A stretch of DNA of 64,000 bases from Steroidobacteraceae bacterium (GCA_036274075.1 DASUGK010000115.1:34944-98943); one strand, 5' to 3'; counted from the stretch's first letter, positions 1 through 13,240 are shown. A program made the numbers and translations. The notes: generated by a model from the sequence alone, not told the origin.

Positions 1-2
1 GC

Positions 3-1145
3 GTGGACGCCGGCTTGCTGGACGCCCTGCTGGCCGCGGGCGCAGGACCCCGGCTCGGCGCCGAAGACGTGGCCGCGCTCCGGCATGCCGGCGTGTTGCG
101 CAGCGAGTGCCGTTTCGAGGATGGCTGCATCGTGTCGCCCGATGGCGTGCGCATCGAGGCGGACCTCGGCAGTCCGAAGGCGCGCGCCGCGTTGACGGCG
201 TGCCTGGGATTGGAACTGCAGGGCGGCACCGTGATGCACGCCGGCTTCCTGCTCGGTCCGCGCTCTTTCTATGCCGCGCTCAATGCGCTGCCGGAATCGG
301 AGCGGCGGCTGTTCGACATGCGCGGCGTGGCCTTCATCAACCAGCTTTACGGCGAGGACCTGCCGTTGCGCGTCGCGCAGCGCAGCCATGCGCGCTTCGT
401 GAACACCACGATGATGCTCACCACGCTCGGCGCCGCGGTGTCCGACGGCCTGGCCGACGGGCGCGTGGTGTCGGGCGTCGGCGGCCAGTACAACTTCGTC
501 GCGATGGCGCATGCCCTGCCCGGCGCGCGTTCCATCCTCTGCGTGCGCGCCACGCGCCGCAAGGACGGCAGGCTGGCGTCGAACATCGTCACGGGTTACG
601 GCAACACGACCATCCCGCGCCACCTGCGCGACATCGCCATCACGGAATACGGCGTGGCCGACCTGCGCGGCCGCACCGACGCCGAGTGCATCGCGGCCAT
701 GATCGACATCGCCGATTCGCGCTTCCAGGACGAACTGCTCGCCGCGGCCAAACGCGCCAACAAGATCGATTCGGGTTATCGCATCCCCGAATCACGCCGC
801 CACAACACGCCCGAGCGCCTCGCCGCGGCCTTCACCGCGCAGCGGCGCGCCGGCCTGTTCTCGGAGTATCCGTTCGGCACCGACCTGACACGCGAGGAAA
901 TCGAACTGGCGCGCGCGCTGCGCTGGCTCAAGGAACACACGGGCACGCGCTGGCAGCGTTGGAAGATGGTGGCCCGGTCATTCACCACGCGCGTGGATCC
1001 GCGCGACCAGCCCTACCTCGAGCGGCTGGGCCTCGGCACGCCGCGTGACATGCGCGAGAGCATCAGCGCGGATCTCGTGGTGCTGGCGCTGAATGCGACT
1101 CGACAGCCGGCGGCTACTTCGCAAACAGGCGCGAAGGATCCTTGA
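3..1145 (+). CDS. acetyl-CoA hydrolase/transferase family protein (C-terminal part; 5' end lies outside the window)
   Basis: ORF open from the window edge. The stretch [26 protein letters not shown]...[25 protein letters not shown] is typical of the AcetylCoA_hyd_C domain. Confidence 0.7.
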   Translation: MDAGLLDALLAAGAGPRLGAEDVAALRHAGVLRSECRFEDGCIVSPDGVRIEADLGSPKARAALTACLGLELQGGTVMHAGFLLGPRSFYAALNALPESERRLFDMRGVAFINQLYGEDLPLRVAQRSHARFVNTTMMLTTLGAAVSDGLADGRVVSGVGGQYNFVAMAHALPGARSILCVRATRRKDGRLASNIVTGYGNTTIPRHLRDIAITEYGVADLRGRTDAECIAAMIDIADSRFQDELLAAAKRANKIDSGYRIPESRRHNTPERLAAAFTAQRRAGLFSEYPFGTDLTREEIELARALRWLKEHTGTRWQRWKMVARSFTTRVDPRDQPYLERLGLGTPRDMRESISADLVVLALNATRQPAATSQTGAKDP

Positions 1146-1530
1146 AGGCCTTGAACTCGAGCGCGTTGCCGGACGGGTCGTAGAGGAACATCGTCGCCTG
1201 CTCGCCCACCTGGCCCGCGAAGCGGATGCCGGGTTCGATCTCGAAGCGGACCGCCGCCTGGCGCAACCGCTCGGCGAGCGCGTGCCAGGCCTGCCACTCG
1301 AGCACCACGCCGAAATGCGGCACCGGCACGTCGTGGCCGTCGACCTCGTTGTGATGCACGTAGGCCTTGCGGCCCGGATCGAGATGCGCCACCACCTGGT
1401 GGCCGAAGAAGTCGAAGTCCACCCACTCATCGCTGCTGCGCCCCTCGGGGCAGCCGAACAGCCGCCCGTAGAAATCGCGCGCGGCGGCAAGGGAGTGAAC
1501 CGGGATGGCGAGATGAAAGGGTTGCAGCAT
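1114..1530 (-). CDS. VOC (glyoxalase/bleomycin-resistance/dioxygenase fold) family protein
   Basis: Start taken at the internal ATG ([14 protein letters not shown]...), which has an AGGA 7-10 nt upstream. The ORF track start at 1560 would overlap glpQ. The HLAIPV...FYG...LG N-terminus is typical of the VOC fold. Confidence 0.7.
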   Translation of the reverse strand: MLQPFHLAIPVHSLAAARDFYGRLFGCPEGRSSDEWVDFDFFGHQVVAHLDPGRKAYVHHNEVDGHDVPVPHFGVVLEWQAWHALAERLRQAAVRFEIEPGIRFAGQVGEQATMFLYDPSGNALEFKAFKDPSRLFAK

Positions 1531-1541
1531 GCGCGTCCTGT

Positions 1542-2687
1542 CTACTGGCGGCGGTTCCACCAGGCGTCGCGCGCGCGCACGGCCAGGTCGGGGAAATCGG
1601 AGAAAAAGCCGTTGATGCCGGCGTCGAGCAGCGCGCGGATTTCCCGGTCGATATCGCCCCGGGTGGCGGCGTCACCCGCGGACCTGAGGTCGGGCGGCAG
1701 GAATTCGTTCTCGGCGCGCAGCGTCCAGACGTGCACGCCCAGGCCCGCGGCGTGCGCGCGCCGCGCCAGCCCGGTGTCCTCGATCCTGCCGTCCTTGAAC
1801 TGCACCACCGCCCACTTGTGCGGGGCGATGGCATCGGCGTACGTCGCGATTTCCTTCAGGCCGGCATCACTCATGAGATCGAGGTAGCTGCGCTTGTCGC
1901 CCGCGAGCGTGAAATCGAAGGGCTGGCCGCCCGGCTCCATGAGTTGCACCAATGGCAGGTCGGTGCGGCTGCGCAGCGCCTTGAGGTTCGCCACTTCGAA
2001 GGACTGGATCCAGCAGGGATCCGAGCGGCGCTGGTAGCCGTGCCGGGCCAGGGCTTCGAGCATGGGCTGGTCGAACTGGAAACCGGCCTTCGCGAAGTAG
2101 CTGGGATGCTTGGTTTCGGGATAGATGCCGATGCGCGGCGGTGGCGGCAGCCCGGCGATGCGTGCCTTCGCGGCGCGCTGCGTATTGGCCGCGTCCACGA
2201 GATCCAGGAACTCCTCGAAGGTCGGGATCGCGAACACCCCGTCGTAACGCGTGTTGGCCTTGCGCAGCTCCGGCAGCCGCTCGCGCGCGCGCAGCGTCTT
2301 GAGCTCGGCGAGCGTGAAGTCTTCGGTGAACCACCCGGTGAGCGAGGTTCCGTCCACCGTCTTCGTGGTCTTGCGCGCCGCGAACTCCGGGTGTGACGCC
2401 ACGTCCGTGGTTCCCCCGATCTCGTTCTCGTGCCGCACCACGAGTGCGCCATCCCGCGTGAACACCAGGTCGGGTTCCACGTAATCCGCACCCTGTTGAA
2501 TGGCGATGAAGTACCCCGCCAGCGTGTGCTCCGGCACGTAACCGCTGGCGCCACGGTGCGCTATGACAAATGGGCGGTCGGCCGCCGCGATTGAACTTAC
2601 CGTCATGAGAACTGCGCCCGCGAATCCGGCGGCGAGGCGGCGCCAGAATCGGCCGCGCTGCAGGAATTGCCCGCTTTCGTACTGCAT
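1542..2687 (-). CDS. glpQ: periplasmic glycerophosphodiester phosphodiesterase
   Basis: N-terminal signal-like segment, then the GDPD motifs [13 protein letters not shown]...[25 protein letters not shown]. Confidence 0.85.
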   Translation of the reverse strand: MQYESGQFLQRGRFWRRLAAGFAGAVLMTVSSIAAADRPFVIAHRGASGYVPEHTLAGYFIAIQQGADYVEPDLVFTRDGALVVRHENEIGGTTDVASHPEFAARKTTKTVDGTSLTGWFTEDFTLAELKTLRARERLPELRKANTRYDGVFAIPTFEEFLDLVDAANTQRAAKARIAGLPPPPRIGIYPETKHPSYFAKAGFQFDQPMLEALARHGYQRRSDPCWIQSFEVANLKALRSRTDLPLVQLMEPGGQPFDFTLAGDKRSYLDLMSDAGLKEIATYADAIAPHKWAVVQFKDGRIEDTGLARRAHAAGLGVHVWTLRAENEFLPPDLRSAGDAATRGDIDREIRALLDAGINGFFSDFPDLAVRARDAWWNRRQ

Positions 2688-2720
2688 CGCAGCCCTTCAT
2701 CCACCAGGGGAAATGCGCCC

Positions 2721-3485
2721 ATGAAATCCATTGTCCGCCGCTGGCAGGAGCTTACGTTTGGCAATGTGGCTTGTCTCTCCCTCGTGGCCGGAGCCGCCCT
2801 CGGCGCAGCCGGATGTGCCAGCGATCCCGACCCGGTCGTCGTCGGCCAGCCGCTGACGCTGCCCAATATCAACGAACACTGCGCCGTCGCGCAGAAGGAA
2901 GTCGCCTCGTCGCGGGTGCCGGCGCGCAACGTGCTGGTGACCGACTACCAGGCCTTCTCGCGCGCCTCGCCCCAGGTGAAGCCGCTCGAAACCATGCAGT
3001 TCGTGGTCTACGCGGATGCGCAGAAGACCCGCCCGCGCATGATCTCCTGCAAGCTGCACAGCGCCGACCGGATCCGCGCCGAATACGGCGCCACCGCCGC
3101 CGGTGAAGCCACGTCCTGCGCGCGCCTCAATCGCCGCACGCTGGACGCCGTCATGGCCACGATGACCGAACGGCAGAAGAAGAAGATGCCGTTCAAGGGC
3201 CCGGTGCCGGTGATGCTCGAGCCCGACCTGCAGGCCGCCAGCGAGGCGGACTGGCTGCAGGAATACACCATGGTCCAGACCGATGCCGGCGGCACGCTGC
3301 GCATCCGCGCCAAGAGCCTCGGTGCGGGGAATGGCAACACGCGCGTAAGCTCGCGGCCCTCGCCCGGCAATGGCCGGCAGTACTGCCAGCTCATCGCGCC
3401 GGACTATCTCAAGCGCGTGCTGACCGGCGAAGTGAAGCTGCCCGCGGGCGAATTCGCCGACGGCAGCCAGACCGTGCGCCGCTAG
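2721..3485 (+). CDS. hypothetical lipoprotein
   Basis: Internal ATG at 2721 gives MKSIVRRWQELTFGNVACLSLVAGAALGAAGC, a signal peptide plus lipobox-like AAGC. I recognise no family. Confidence 0.55.
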   Translation: MKSIVRRWQELTFGNVACLSLVAGAALGAAGCASDPDPVVVGQPLTLPNINEHCAVAQKEVASSRVPARNVLVTDYQAFSRASPQVKPLETMQFVVYADAQKTRPRMISCKLHSADRIRAEYGATAAGEATSCARLNRRTLDAVMATMTERQKKKMPFKGPVPVMLEPDLQAASEADWLQEYTMVQTDAGGTLRIRAKSLGAGNGNTRVSSRPSPGNGRQYCQLIAPDYLKRVLTGEVKLPAGEFADGSQTVRR

Positions 3486-3527
3486 CGGCCTGCGCCGCCG
3501 GCGCCCTGGCCTGCTACTCTCGCGGCC

Positions 3528-4175
3528 ATGGCATCGGCCGCGCCCGCGTATTCGCCAATCGAGGAGTTGATCCACGCCCTGACGGCGGGGCTGGGCATCA
3601 TCGCCTGCGCGGTCGCCATTCCGTGGCTGGCCTGGGTCTCGGCCGGCGATGCGGCGCGCATGGTCGCCGCGCTGGTGTTCGGGGCCAGCGCCCTGGCCAT
3701 GTTCGTCACCTCGGTGGTCTACCACGCGGCGCGCGCGCCGGAACTCAAGCTGGTGCTGCGCAAGTTCGACCACGCCGCCATCTATCTACTCATCGCGGGC
3801 ACGTACACGCCGATCACGCTGGTGGCCATGCGCAATACCTGGGGCTGGGTGCTGTTCGGCGCCATCTGGGCGCTGGCGGTGTTCGGCATCGTCGCCAAGA
3901 CCGCGGTGGGCTTCCGCTTCCCGAAGCTGTCGGTGTTCCTGTACCTCGCCATGGGCTGGTTATGCATCATCGCCATCCGGCCGGTTGCGGATTCGCTGAC
4001 CAGCACGGAGCTGGCATGGGTCATAGCCGGCGGCGTGGTGTACACCGCCGGCGTGCCGTTCTACGTGTGGAAGTCGCGCCGCTATACGCACGCCGTGTGG
4101 CACCTGTTCGTGCTCGGCGGCGTCGCCTGCCATTTCGCGGCCGTGCTCAGCGTGGTGTCGGCGCCCGCCGGCTGA
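3528..4175 (+). CDS. hemolysin III / PAQR family membrane protein
   Basis: 215 aa with about seven hydrophobic segments. Contains the HAAIYLLIAGTYTP and HAVWHLFVLGG motifs of the HlyIII family. Confidence 0.8.
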   Translation: MASAAPAYSPIEELIHALTAGLGIIACAVAIPWLAWVSAGDAARMVAALVFGASALAMFVTSVVYHAARAPELKLVLRKFDHAAIYLLIAGTYTPITLVAMRNTWGWVLFGAIWALAVFGIVAKTAVGFRFPKLSVFLYLAMGWLCIIAIRPVADSLTSTELAWVIAGGVVYTAGVPFYVWKSRRYTHAVWHLFVLGGVACHFAAVLSVVSAPAG

Positions 4176-4178
4176 ACC

Positions 4179-6425
<2,247 letters not shown>

Positions 6426-6497
6426 GGTCCGAGTGTAAACCGAAACGCCTCTTGGGCAGTCTGAAGGGGACGAACCCGCATACCTGGGAGACTCATC

Positions 6498-7337
6498 ATG
6501 CGCTCGACATTCTGGCTGGCCCTGCTGGCCCTGGCCCCCATGGCCGCCATCGCCTCCGACGACAATTGTAAATTCCGCGCCGACCGCACCGGCGGTACCG
6601 ATGCCAAGGGCGTGGAAAAAGTGATCATCCGCGCGGGGGCCGGCGACCTCAAGGTCACGGGGCGCTCGAACGCGGCCCGCATCGAGGCGCACGGCGTGGC
6701 CTGTGCGGGCAAGCAGGAAATGCTGGACGCCTCGCAGATCAGCGTGCGCCGCGAAGGCAACGTGGTCTACGTCGAGACCACCTTGCCGCAGAACGATGAC
6801 AGCTGGTCCTGGGGCAAGAACGACTACGCCGGCATCGACCTCGATGTCGCGCTGCCTTCGGGCGTGCCGGTGGACGCGATCGATTCCAGCGGCGACGCAA
6901 CGCTGGAAGATCTCCACTCGCTGGTCATGCAGGACAGCTCCGGCGACCTGACGCTCGCGCGGATCGCGGGCGCGATCGAGGTCACCGACAGTTCCGGCGA
7001 CCTGCGCATCCGGAACGCGGGCAGCGTGCGGCTGCGCGACAGCTCCGGGGACATCGAGATAGACGCGGTGACGGCCGACGTCGTCGTGCAGATGGACAGC
7101 TCCGGCGACATGGAGATCAACCACGTCGACGGCAGCGTGGTGATCGAGCAGGACAGCTCGGGCAGCATCCGCGTCGAGAACGTCAAGGGCAATGTCGACG
7201 TGAAGTCCGACAGCTCGGGCGACATCTATGCCGCCCGCGTTACCGGCAACTTCACGGTCAGTGAGGACAGCTCGGGCAGCATCGACCACGACGGCATCGG
7301 CGGCCGGGTCACCATTCCAGACAACAAGCAGGACTAG
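6498..7337 (+). CDS. secreted repeat protein, DUF4097/putative-adhesin-like beta-helix (eight DSSG[DS] units)
   Basis: Signal peptide [21 protein letters not shown], followed by eight ~19-aa units that each begin DSSGD or DSSGS. Confidence 0.65.
   Translation: MRSTFWLALLALAPMAAIASDDNCKFRADRTGGTDAKGVEKVIIRAGAGDLKVTGRSNAARIEAHGVACAGKQEMLDASQISVRREGNVVYVETTLPQNDDSWSWGKNDYAGIDLDVALPSGVPVDAIDSSGDATLEDLHSLVMQDSSGDLTLARIAGAIEVTDSSGDLRIRNAGSVRLRDSSGDIEIDAVTADVVVQMDSSGDMEINHVDGSVVIEQDSSGSIRVENVKGNVDVKSDSSGDIYAARVTGNFTVSEDSSGSIDHDGIGGRVTIPDNKQD
6882..7337 (+). repeat. eight in-frame ~57-nt units encoding DSSG[DS]-initiated repeats
   Basis: Periodic DSSGD/DSSGS in the translation. This mirrors as an SPELS periodicity in the spurious antisense ORF 6824-7225. 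Confidence 0.8.
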
Positions 7338-7342
7338 CGGGA

Positions 7343-7963
7343 ATGGCCATGACGGCGCGGGAGCAATTCCAGGGCTGGCACCTGGCGGTGTCGACCATCC
7401 TGATGATCGCGGGACTGCTCGGCCTCGATCGTCTGGTGGCCGTGTATTTCCACGAGTCCGGTCACCAGGGCGCGTGGCTGTTCGTCCAGGGCACGATCCT
7501 GTTCGACACGGTCACCGGCAAGGACATCTCCAAGTTCCTGCCGGGGCTGGTGCTCATCGCCGCCGCGCTCGTGATGCTGGCGGTGCCGCGGAGCCGCAGG
7601 CTCGGCTGGAGCACGCTGTTCGTCGGCAGCGTGCAGCTGCTGGGCACGCTGGTCACGGGGGTCGCCAAGAACTTCTTCGACCGCCTGCGGCCCTTCCAGG
7701 TGCTGGAGCGCGGCGACTGGAGCCACGTGTGGTTCGTGGACGGAACCGCATTTCCATCCGGGCACGCGGGCTATTACTTCGGCCTGTTCCTGCCGCTGGC
7801 GTGGTTGTTCCCGCGCTGGCGCTGGCCGCTGATCCTGGCGCCGTGGTTCATCGCCATCGCGCGAGTCAACGCGAACGATCACTTCGTGAGCGACGTGGCG
7901 GCCTCGATGGTGATCGTCGGCCTGCTGACCCTGTTGATGGCGCGCGTCACGCGCCAGCGTTGA
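7343..7963 (+). CDS. PAP2 family phosphatase (membrane)
   Basis: Multiple TM segments. Contains the PAP2 motifs [16 protein letters not shown] and NDHFVSDV. Confidence 0.75.
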   Translation: MAMTAREQFQGWHLAVSTILMIAGLLGLDRLVAVYFHESGHQGAWLFVQGTILFDTVTGKDISKFLPGLVLIAAALVMLAVPRSRRLGWSTLFVGSVQLLGTLVTGVAKNFFDRLRPFQVLERGDWSHVWFVDGTAFPSGHAGYYFGLFLPLAWLFPRWRWPLILAPWFIAIARVNANDHFVSDVAASMVIVGLLTLLMARVTRQR

Positions 7964-8846
7964 GCGGCAGGAGCGCCAGGCGTTCGGCCTGGCGGCGCAG
8001 CATCGGCCCGAAATTGTGGCGGTCGAAGAATTCGGTGAGCGCGGCGATGTCCGGCGTGCGCCGCGCCAGCTCGGGATGCGCGATCTCGAGCGGCATGTCG
8101 CAGGCGATCTCGGTGAGCCGCCGCGCGAGGAACGCCGCCTCGCGGTGTTCCAGCAGTTTCGCGGCGAGTTTGCCGGCGCCGCGCACGGGAATTTTCGCCA
8201 CCTCGTCGAGGTTGTCGTAGAGCTCCTCGAGCGAGGCGAATTCCTTCATCAGCGCGGCCGCGGTCTTCGGGCCGACGCCGGGCACACCCTTGATGTTGTC
8301 GACGCTGTCGCCCATGAGCGCGAGGAAGTCCGCGAAGCGCTCTGGCGCCACGCCGAACCGTTCCTCGATCTGGTGGTAGCGATAGTGCGCGTTGTCGGTG
8401 TAATCCCAGTACACGTCGCCGTCGCGGATCAGCTGCGCGAAATCCTTGTCGCGCGTGACCAGCGTGGCCGGCAGCCCTGCGCGCCGGCAGCGCGTCATGA
8501 GCGTCCCGACGATGTCGTCGGCTTCGTACTCGGCGTGGCTGAACGCAGGCACGCCGACGTGCCGGCAGAACTCGCGGCAACTCGCGAACTGCACCTTGAG
8601 ATCCGCGGGCGGCGGCTCGCGATTGGCCTTGTAGGCCGGGTAAATCTGGTTGCGGAACGAGGTCGTCAGGCTCTCGTCGAAGGCCACCGCGATGTAATGC
8701 GGCCGGGCGCGTTCGATGAGGTCGCCGAGGAATCGCGCGAAGCCGAAGGTGGCGTGCGCAGGCTGCCCGTCGCGGTCGGTCATGTCGGGTGGCATCGAGT
8801 AGTACGCGCGGAACACGTACACCGAGGCGTCGATGAGATAGATCAC
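7947..8846 (-). CDS. 5'-3' exonuclease / flap endonuclease (Xni/ExoIX-like)
   Basis: N-terminus MIYLIDASVYVFRAYY, an EADD acidic cluster, and the H3TH segment GDSVDNIKGVPGVGPKTAAALM. Confidence 0.8.
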   Translation of the reverse strand: MIYLIDASVYVFRAYYSMPPDMTDRDGQPAHATFGFARFLGDLIERARPHYIAVAFDESLTTSFRNQIYPAYKANREPPPADLKVQFASCREFCRHVGVPAFSHAEYEADDIVGTLMTRCRRAGLPATLVTRDKDFAQLIRDGDVYWDYTDNAHYRYHQIEERFGVAPERFADFLALMGDSVDNIKGVPGVGPKTAAALMKEFASLEELYDNLDEVAKIPVRGAGKLAAKLLEHREAAFLARRLTEIACDMPLEIAHPELARRTPDIAALTEFFDRHNFGPMLRRQAERLALLPLNAGA

Positions 8847-8912
8847 GTGCGGATGGTAACGGCGGACTCCGAAAGCCGCACTTCCATCGCGTCCGGCTGC
8901 CCGGACACGCGC

Positions 8913-9635
8913 TCAGCCGGTGAGTGCCACCTGCCCCATGCCGCCGGGAATGGCGCTTTCCAACGGCGCGGCCTGGCGCCGCTCGGCGCGCTGCACGGCC
9001 GCGTCCACCATGGTCGCGAACAGCACCGCGGTGTCGTCGAGGCTCTGCGTCGCCAGCCCGAGATCCCGCGGCCGGCGCACGATCTGCTGGCAGCAGCTGG
9101 AAACCTGGTTGTCGCGCACGCTGTCGACCACGGATCCTTCCGCGAGCGCGCGCAATGCCTTGTCGGTGACTCCGCCCCGCAACGAAGCCTGGTGCCACAA
9201 CGGGTAGAGCACGCGCGGCATGCGCTCGAAGAACCACAGGTAGCCCACGAGTCCCACCGCGGCACGTTCGACCAGCTGGTAGTGGGCGTACGCGGCCAGC
9301 GCGATGGTCTGTGGCAGCGGCGTGAGTGACACGCTGTCGAGCGAATTCAGCCCGAGCGAGCGCAGGTCGTCGAGAAACGAACGACCCTGGTGGAAGGCCA
9401 GCGCGGGAACGGACAGCAGCTCCTGCCAGGCGCTCCAGTCTTCGGCCGGAACGACGTCGGCGGCGATCTCGCGCAGCCGCGAGTGCACGTTGATGACGTA
9501 GTTGAGCTCGAGGAGAAGTTGCCGATGTGTCGCCGCGCCGAGCGCGTTGCCGCGAAACCACTCCATCGTCCCGGCCAGCGCCGAGGACCGCGTGAGAACG
9601 TCGAACTCGAGCGAGAAAACGTCGGCGCTGTTCAT
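8913..9635 (-). CDS. hypothetical protein, probably all-alpha and cytoplasmic
   Basis: 240-aa ORF with typical GC3-rich codon usage. I recognise no motif with confidence. It is divergent from the first CHAT gene. Confidence 0.5.
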   Translation of the reverse strand: MNSADVFSLEFDVLTRSSALAGTMEWFRGNALGAATHRQLLLELNYVINVHSRLREIAADVVPAEDWSAWQELLSVPALAFHQGRSFLDDLRSLGLNSLDSVSLTPLPQTIALAAYAHYQLVERAAVGLVGYLWFFERMPRVLYPLWHQASLRGGVTDKALRALAEGSVVDSVRDNQVSSCCQQIVRRPRDLGLATQSLDDTAVLFATMVDAAVQRAERRQAAPLESAIPGGMGQVALTG

Positions 9636-9681
9636 CCCTTGGCCTGTGGTCGTGGCGCGGCAAACTGGTCTTGCCTATGTA

Positions 9682-9708
9682 GTGTCACGAGTTCAGGGTT
9701 TCTCTCAC
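9682..9708 (+). promoter_or_regulatory. bipartite motif GTGTCAC-N12-TCTCTCAC, copy A (upstream of CHAT paralog 1, in the divergent control region)
   Basis: Read directly from the sequence. Same half-sites and same 12-nt spacing as copies B and C. Confidence 0.55.
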
Positions 9709-9745
9709 TTGGCGCTGTCATAACCACAAACTATTTTCAATCAAA

Positions 9746-9766
9746 GACTTACTACAAACCCTGCCT
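9746..9766 (+). promoter_or_regulatory. conserved 21-nt block GACTTACTACAAACCCTGCCT, copy 1
   Basis: Identical 21-mer to 13303-13323. It lies 64 nt downstream of the start of bipartite motif copy A. Confidence 0.5.
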
Positions 9767-9840
9767 CCATTCTCCAATTCCGTTGCAGCGTGACGCAGGT
9801 GCCTGTAAACATTGGCGTTGCAACAAGGGGACTCGAGGTC

Positions 9841-12800
9841 ATGCGCGCCTGCGCCGGCGCCGAAAACGCCAATAAAAAACGCCTGCGCGCATTGTTCCAG
9901 ACACTGTGTACCGCCTGGGTGCTGTGCCTTTGTGCCTGCACCGGAAGCTTCGAGACCGAACCACTCGTCGAATTCTCCACCGAGGTGGTGGTCGGCGGCG
10001 CGCAGCCGCATTCCATCGCCCGCCAGCTGGACGCGGGTACATGGCTGCTCGAGGTCCGTGAACGCGATGTCGACCTGCGCGTGAAGGTGGAGGCCGGCGG
10101 GGCGCGCACCGAACTCGCCGATGCCTTCCTGCGCCACGGCGTGCACCGCATGGTAGTTAGCCTGCCGGAACGGTCGCGGTTCGAAGTGACGCTGGTCAGC
10201 ACCGACCAGCGCGAGTGGAAGGGCGCCGCCGCGGTACGCATCCTGCGCTGGCCCGCGAGCGAGCCGGATGCGGAGCCCGACCACCGCCTGCTCGGATTCC
10301 GCGCACTGGGAGAAGGCAGCGCAGTCGCCGCGCAGGACAACGCCGGGGCGTGGCGCTCGGCGCTGGGTCCGCTGCGCGAGGCCGAGCGGCAGTTCCAGGC
10401 GGCCGGTGACATCCAGTCGCTGGCGGAGGCGGAATACCAGCGCGCCTGGATCGAGCTGGGACTGCTGCACGACCACGGCGCGAGCCGCCGGACCGCGGCG
10501 TCGGCCCTGGCCCATTTCCGCCACAGCGGCGACGCGGTGGGCGCGCATCGGGCAGGAGTCCTGCTGGGCCAGGCGGAATTCGGCGTGGCCGCGAACATGG
10601 GACCGCGAGTGCGGCGCACCGAACAACTTGCGCTGCTCAACACGGCGGCGCGGCGCATGACCCAGGCGCTGGTGTTCTTCGAAAGGCGGGACCTGCAGTC
10701 CGATGTCCTGGCCGCGATGGGCTGGTCGCGCACCCGCGAGAAGCTGCTGGGACGTTGCGATGAGAACGTCACGGTCCACGAAAACATCCGCCAGCGCGCG
10801 CGGGCGCGCGGCGATCGGTACTTCGAGGCGGTCGCCGCGATGGACCTCGGCGACATCGCGCAGCGGCGCGGTGATCTGGTGCAGGCCGCTGCGCTGTACG
10901 AGGGTGCGCTGCCGTCGATCGATCGCGACCGCAACCCGGAGTTGTACGCGAGGTTGATTTCCCGGCTCGGGACCGCGCTACTGGCGCGCGGTGAATTCGA
11001 CCGGGCGCAGGCGCTCCACTCGGAAGCCCTGGGCGTGTTCTCTGCGCGCGGTGACGACAGCGCGATGGCGCGCGAACTCGTCGCGCTGGCGTCGCTGCGG
11101 TTGAGTACCGGGAGCGTGGAGCGCGCCCTGCACATCGTCCAGTCTGCGCTGCCGGTGTACGAGAGCACACGCGACCTGGAAGGCAAGGTCTCGGCCCTGC
11201 AGGTCGCCGGCAACGCCGCCGCCGCACTCGGGCGACACGAGCAGGCCCTCGGGTACCTGCGCACGGCCGAGCGCCTCGATCGCCACGGTTCCAGCGTCGA
11301 TCGCACACGCGTGCTCATCGCCCGTGAAATGCGCCTGCTCGGCAACCTGGGCGGCGCGGAAGAAATGCTCGCCAAGGCGCTGCAGACGCGGAACGAGGCG
11401 GTGCACGCAGACACGCTGGCGGAACGCGCGCAATTGCGCATGCACCAGCTGCGGCAACGCGAAGCCCTCGCCGACCTGCGCGCCGCCGACGCGCGTTACT
11501 CGCAGCTCAAGCTCGACTTCAGGCGCATCGAGTCGAGCTCGGCGCTGTCGCTGGCGCTGCTGGATGCGGGTGACATCCCGGGCGCGGGCAAGGCTGCCGA
11601 CATCGCGGTGGCCTTGGAACGCCGCATCCGCGCCAGGGCCTCCAACCCCGAGATGCGGGCGCGTTTCCTGTCGGCCAGTTACTCGCCCTACGAAGCGCGT
11701 ATCGAGGTCGACCTCGCCGGTGCGACATCCGATCGCGACGCGGTGTGGCGCGCCTTTCGCACGGCCGAGGCCGTGCGCGCGCGATCGCTCGCCGACCGGC
11801 TGGCGCAGACCTCGCGCGGCCCCACGCGACGCGACGCCGAGATCGACGGGCTGCGACAGACCATGGCGTCGCTGCAACTGGATCTCGACAGGATGTCGGA
11901 GGACGGCGTCGACGCGCGGGCACTGATGGAGACGCGGCGGCGCATCGACGCCACGCAGGCGCGCCTCGAGGCACGCCTGCTGCGCCAGGATGGCGTGCAG
12001 GCATCCATCCAGACCGGCATTCCCGAATCGCGTGCCTCGGCGCAGTCGCTGCTGCCCGATGACGCGGCCGTGCTGGCGTTCTTCGTGGGCGAGCGCCGCT
12101 CGCATGGCTGGCTGCTGACCCATCGCGAGCTGCGGCACGCGGTGCTGCCCGGGCGCGCCGTGCTCAACGAGCTCGTCGCGGCCACCATCTCGCAACAACG
12201 CGCGACGGTGAAATCACCGGCGGTGAACGCCTTCACGCCGATGCTGGATTCACTGCTGCAGGGCGTGGCCGCGAAGCGGCTGCTGATCCTTCCCGACGGC
12301 CCGCTGCACGGCATGCCGTTCGCGACCATCCCGCTGCCGCGCGGAACGTCGCGGGAGCTGCTGATCGACCGGTTCGTGATCGCCGGCGCGCCTTCGCTCG
12401 CCGTGGCACTGCGTCCGGCGCCGCGGCACCGCGATGACGGGACGCTGGTGGCGGTGATCTCCGACCCGGTCTACACCTCGGACGACCGGCGGCTGACCGT
12501 CGCGACCGGAGACGCGGCATTGTTCCGCGGTGACGACGGCGAGTCGCACCGCCTGGCGCGCCTGCCCTACTCGGCCATCGAGGCGCGTTCGGTGATGCGC
12601 GTCTTCGACGGCGCGCGCATCATCGCGCTCAACGGCTTCGACGCCACCGCGCGCCGCGTGGTCGCGCTGCCGTCGAAGGATCTCGACGTGCTGCATTTCG
12701 CCACGCACGCCGTGATCCGCGAGGACGCACCGGAGCAGTCCGCGCTGTTCCTCAGTGAATACGCCGCCGACGGTTCACCGGTGGCCGCGGACCGCCTCAC

Positions 12801-13125
12801 CGCCGACGACATCACGCGCAGCGGCCTGCGTGCCGACATCGTGGTGCTCTCCGGCTGCGCCACCGGCGATGGCCGCGAGCTGCGCGGCGAAGGCGTGCTC
12901 GGGCTCACCTACGGCTTCCTCGCCAATGGTTCCAATACCGTCGTGGCATCGTTGTGGCCGGTGGAGGACGCGCTGACCGCGCGGTTCATGGAAGAGTTCT
13001 ACACGGCGTACCGTGCGACGGGACACGCCGCCGAGGCGTTGCGCGCCGCGCAACTGCGCGGCCGCAACAAGACCGGGCCCACCGTCTGGTCGAGTTTCGT
13101 GGTGCGGTCCAACAGCCTGCCCTGA
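9841..13125 (+). CDS. TPR-repeat CHAT-domain (caspase-like peptidase) protein, probable lipoprotein, paralog 1
   Basis: ATG 9841 has AAGGGGA 9 nt upstream; the GTG at 9790 is an alternative start. Signal/lipobox ...WVLCLCAC. Long helical TPR-like middle region. C-terminal CHAT motifs LHFATHAVIR (His codon 12706-12708) and VVLSGCATGDG (Cys codon 12856-12858). Confidence 0.85.
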   Translation: MRACAGAENANKKRLRALFQTLCTAWVLCLCACTGSFETEPLVEFSTEVVVGGAQPHSIARQLDAGTWLLEVRERDVDLRVKVEAGGARTELADAFLRHGVHRMVVSLPERSRFEVTLVSTDQREWKGAAAVRILRWPASEPDAEPDHRLLGFRALGEGSAVAAQDNAGAWRSALGPLREAERQFQAAGDIQSLAEAEYQRAWIELGLLHDHGASRRTAASALAHFRHSGDAVGAHRAGVLLGQAEFGVAANMGPRVRRTEQLALLNTAARRMTQALVFFERRDLQSDVLAAMGWSRTREKLLGRCDENVTVHENIRQRARARGDRYFEAVAAMDLGDIAQRRGDLVQAAALYEGALPSIDRDRNPELYARLISRLGTALLARGEFDRAQALHSEALGVFSARGDDSAMARELVALASLRLSTGSVERALHIVQSALPVYESTRDLEGKVSALQVAGNAAAALGRHEQALGYLRTAERLDRHGSSVDRTRVLIAREMRLLGNLGGAEEMLAKALQTRNEAVHADTLAERAQLRMHQLRQREALADLRAADARYSQLKLDFRRIESSSALSLALLDAGDIPGAGKAADIAVALERRIRARASNPEMRARFLSASYSPYEARIEVDLAGATSDRDAVWRAFRTAEAVRARSLADRLAQTSRGPTRRDAEIDGLRQTMASLQLDLDRMSEDGVDARALMETRRRIDATQARLEARLLRQDGVQASIQTGIPESRASAQSLLPDDAAVLAFFVGERRSHGWLLTHRELRHAVLPGRAVLNELVAATISQQRATVKSPAVNAFTPMLDSLLQGVAAKRLLILPDGPLHGMPFATIPLPRGTSRELLIDRFVIAGAPSLAVALRPAPRHRDDGTLVAVISDPVYTSDDRRLTVATGDAALFRGDDGESHRLARLPYSAIEARSVMRVFDGARIIALNGFDATARRVVALPSKDLDVLHFATHAVIREDAPEQSALFLSEYAADGSPVAADRLTADDITRSGLRADIVVLSGCATGDGRELRGEGVLGLTYGFLANGSNTVVASLWPVEDALTARFMEEFYTAYRATGHAAEALRAAQLRGRNKTGPTVWSSFVVRSNSLP

Positions 13126-13240
13126 ACGCGCGCGGCCGGCAGGCCCCCTAACTACCTGGAACCGGCGGGCCCGGGCGGGCGCTCGCGGCCGGGAGCCGCG
13201 TCGCCCCGGCCGCCCAAAACCCGGCGGCCATTCGTTATAA

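Noticed and set aside
6426-7289. The 5' extension of the acs ORF, which makes it 1036 aa in the track.
   Set aside because: Acs homology starts at the GTG at 6425. The extension is the mirror image of the DSSGD-repeat gene on the plus strand and has shadow-frame composition.
13126-13240. GC-rich inverted repeats after CHAT paralog 1 (for example GGCCGGG-N10-CCCCGGCC) as an intrinsic terminator.
   Set aside because: No T-tract follows. Such short GC stems are frequent in this composition, so I cannot decide whether paralog 1 is transcriptionally insulated from paralog 2.
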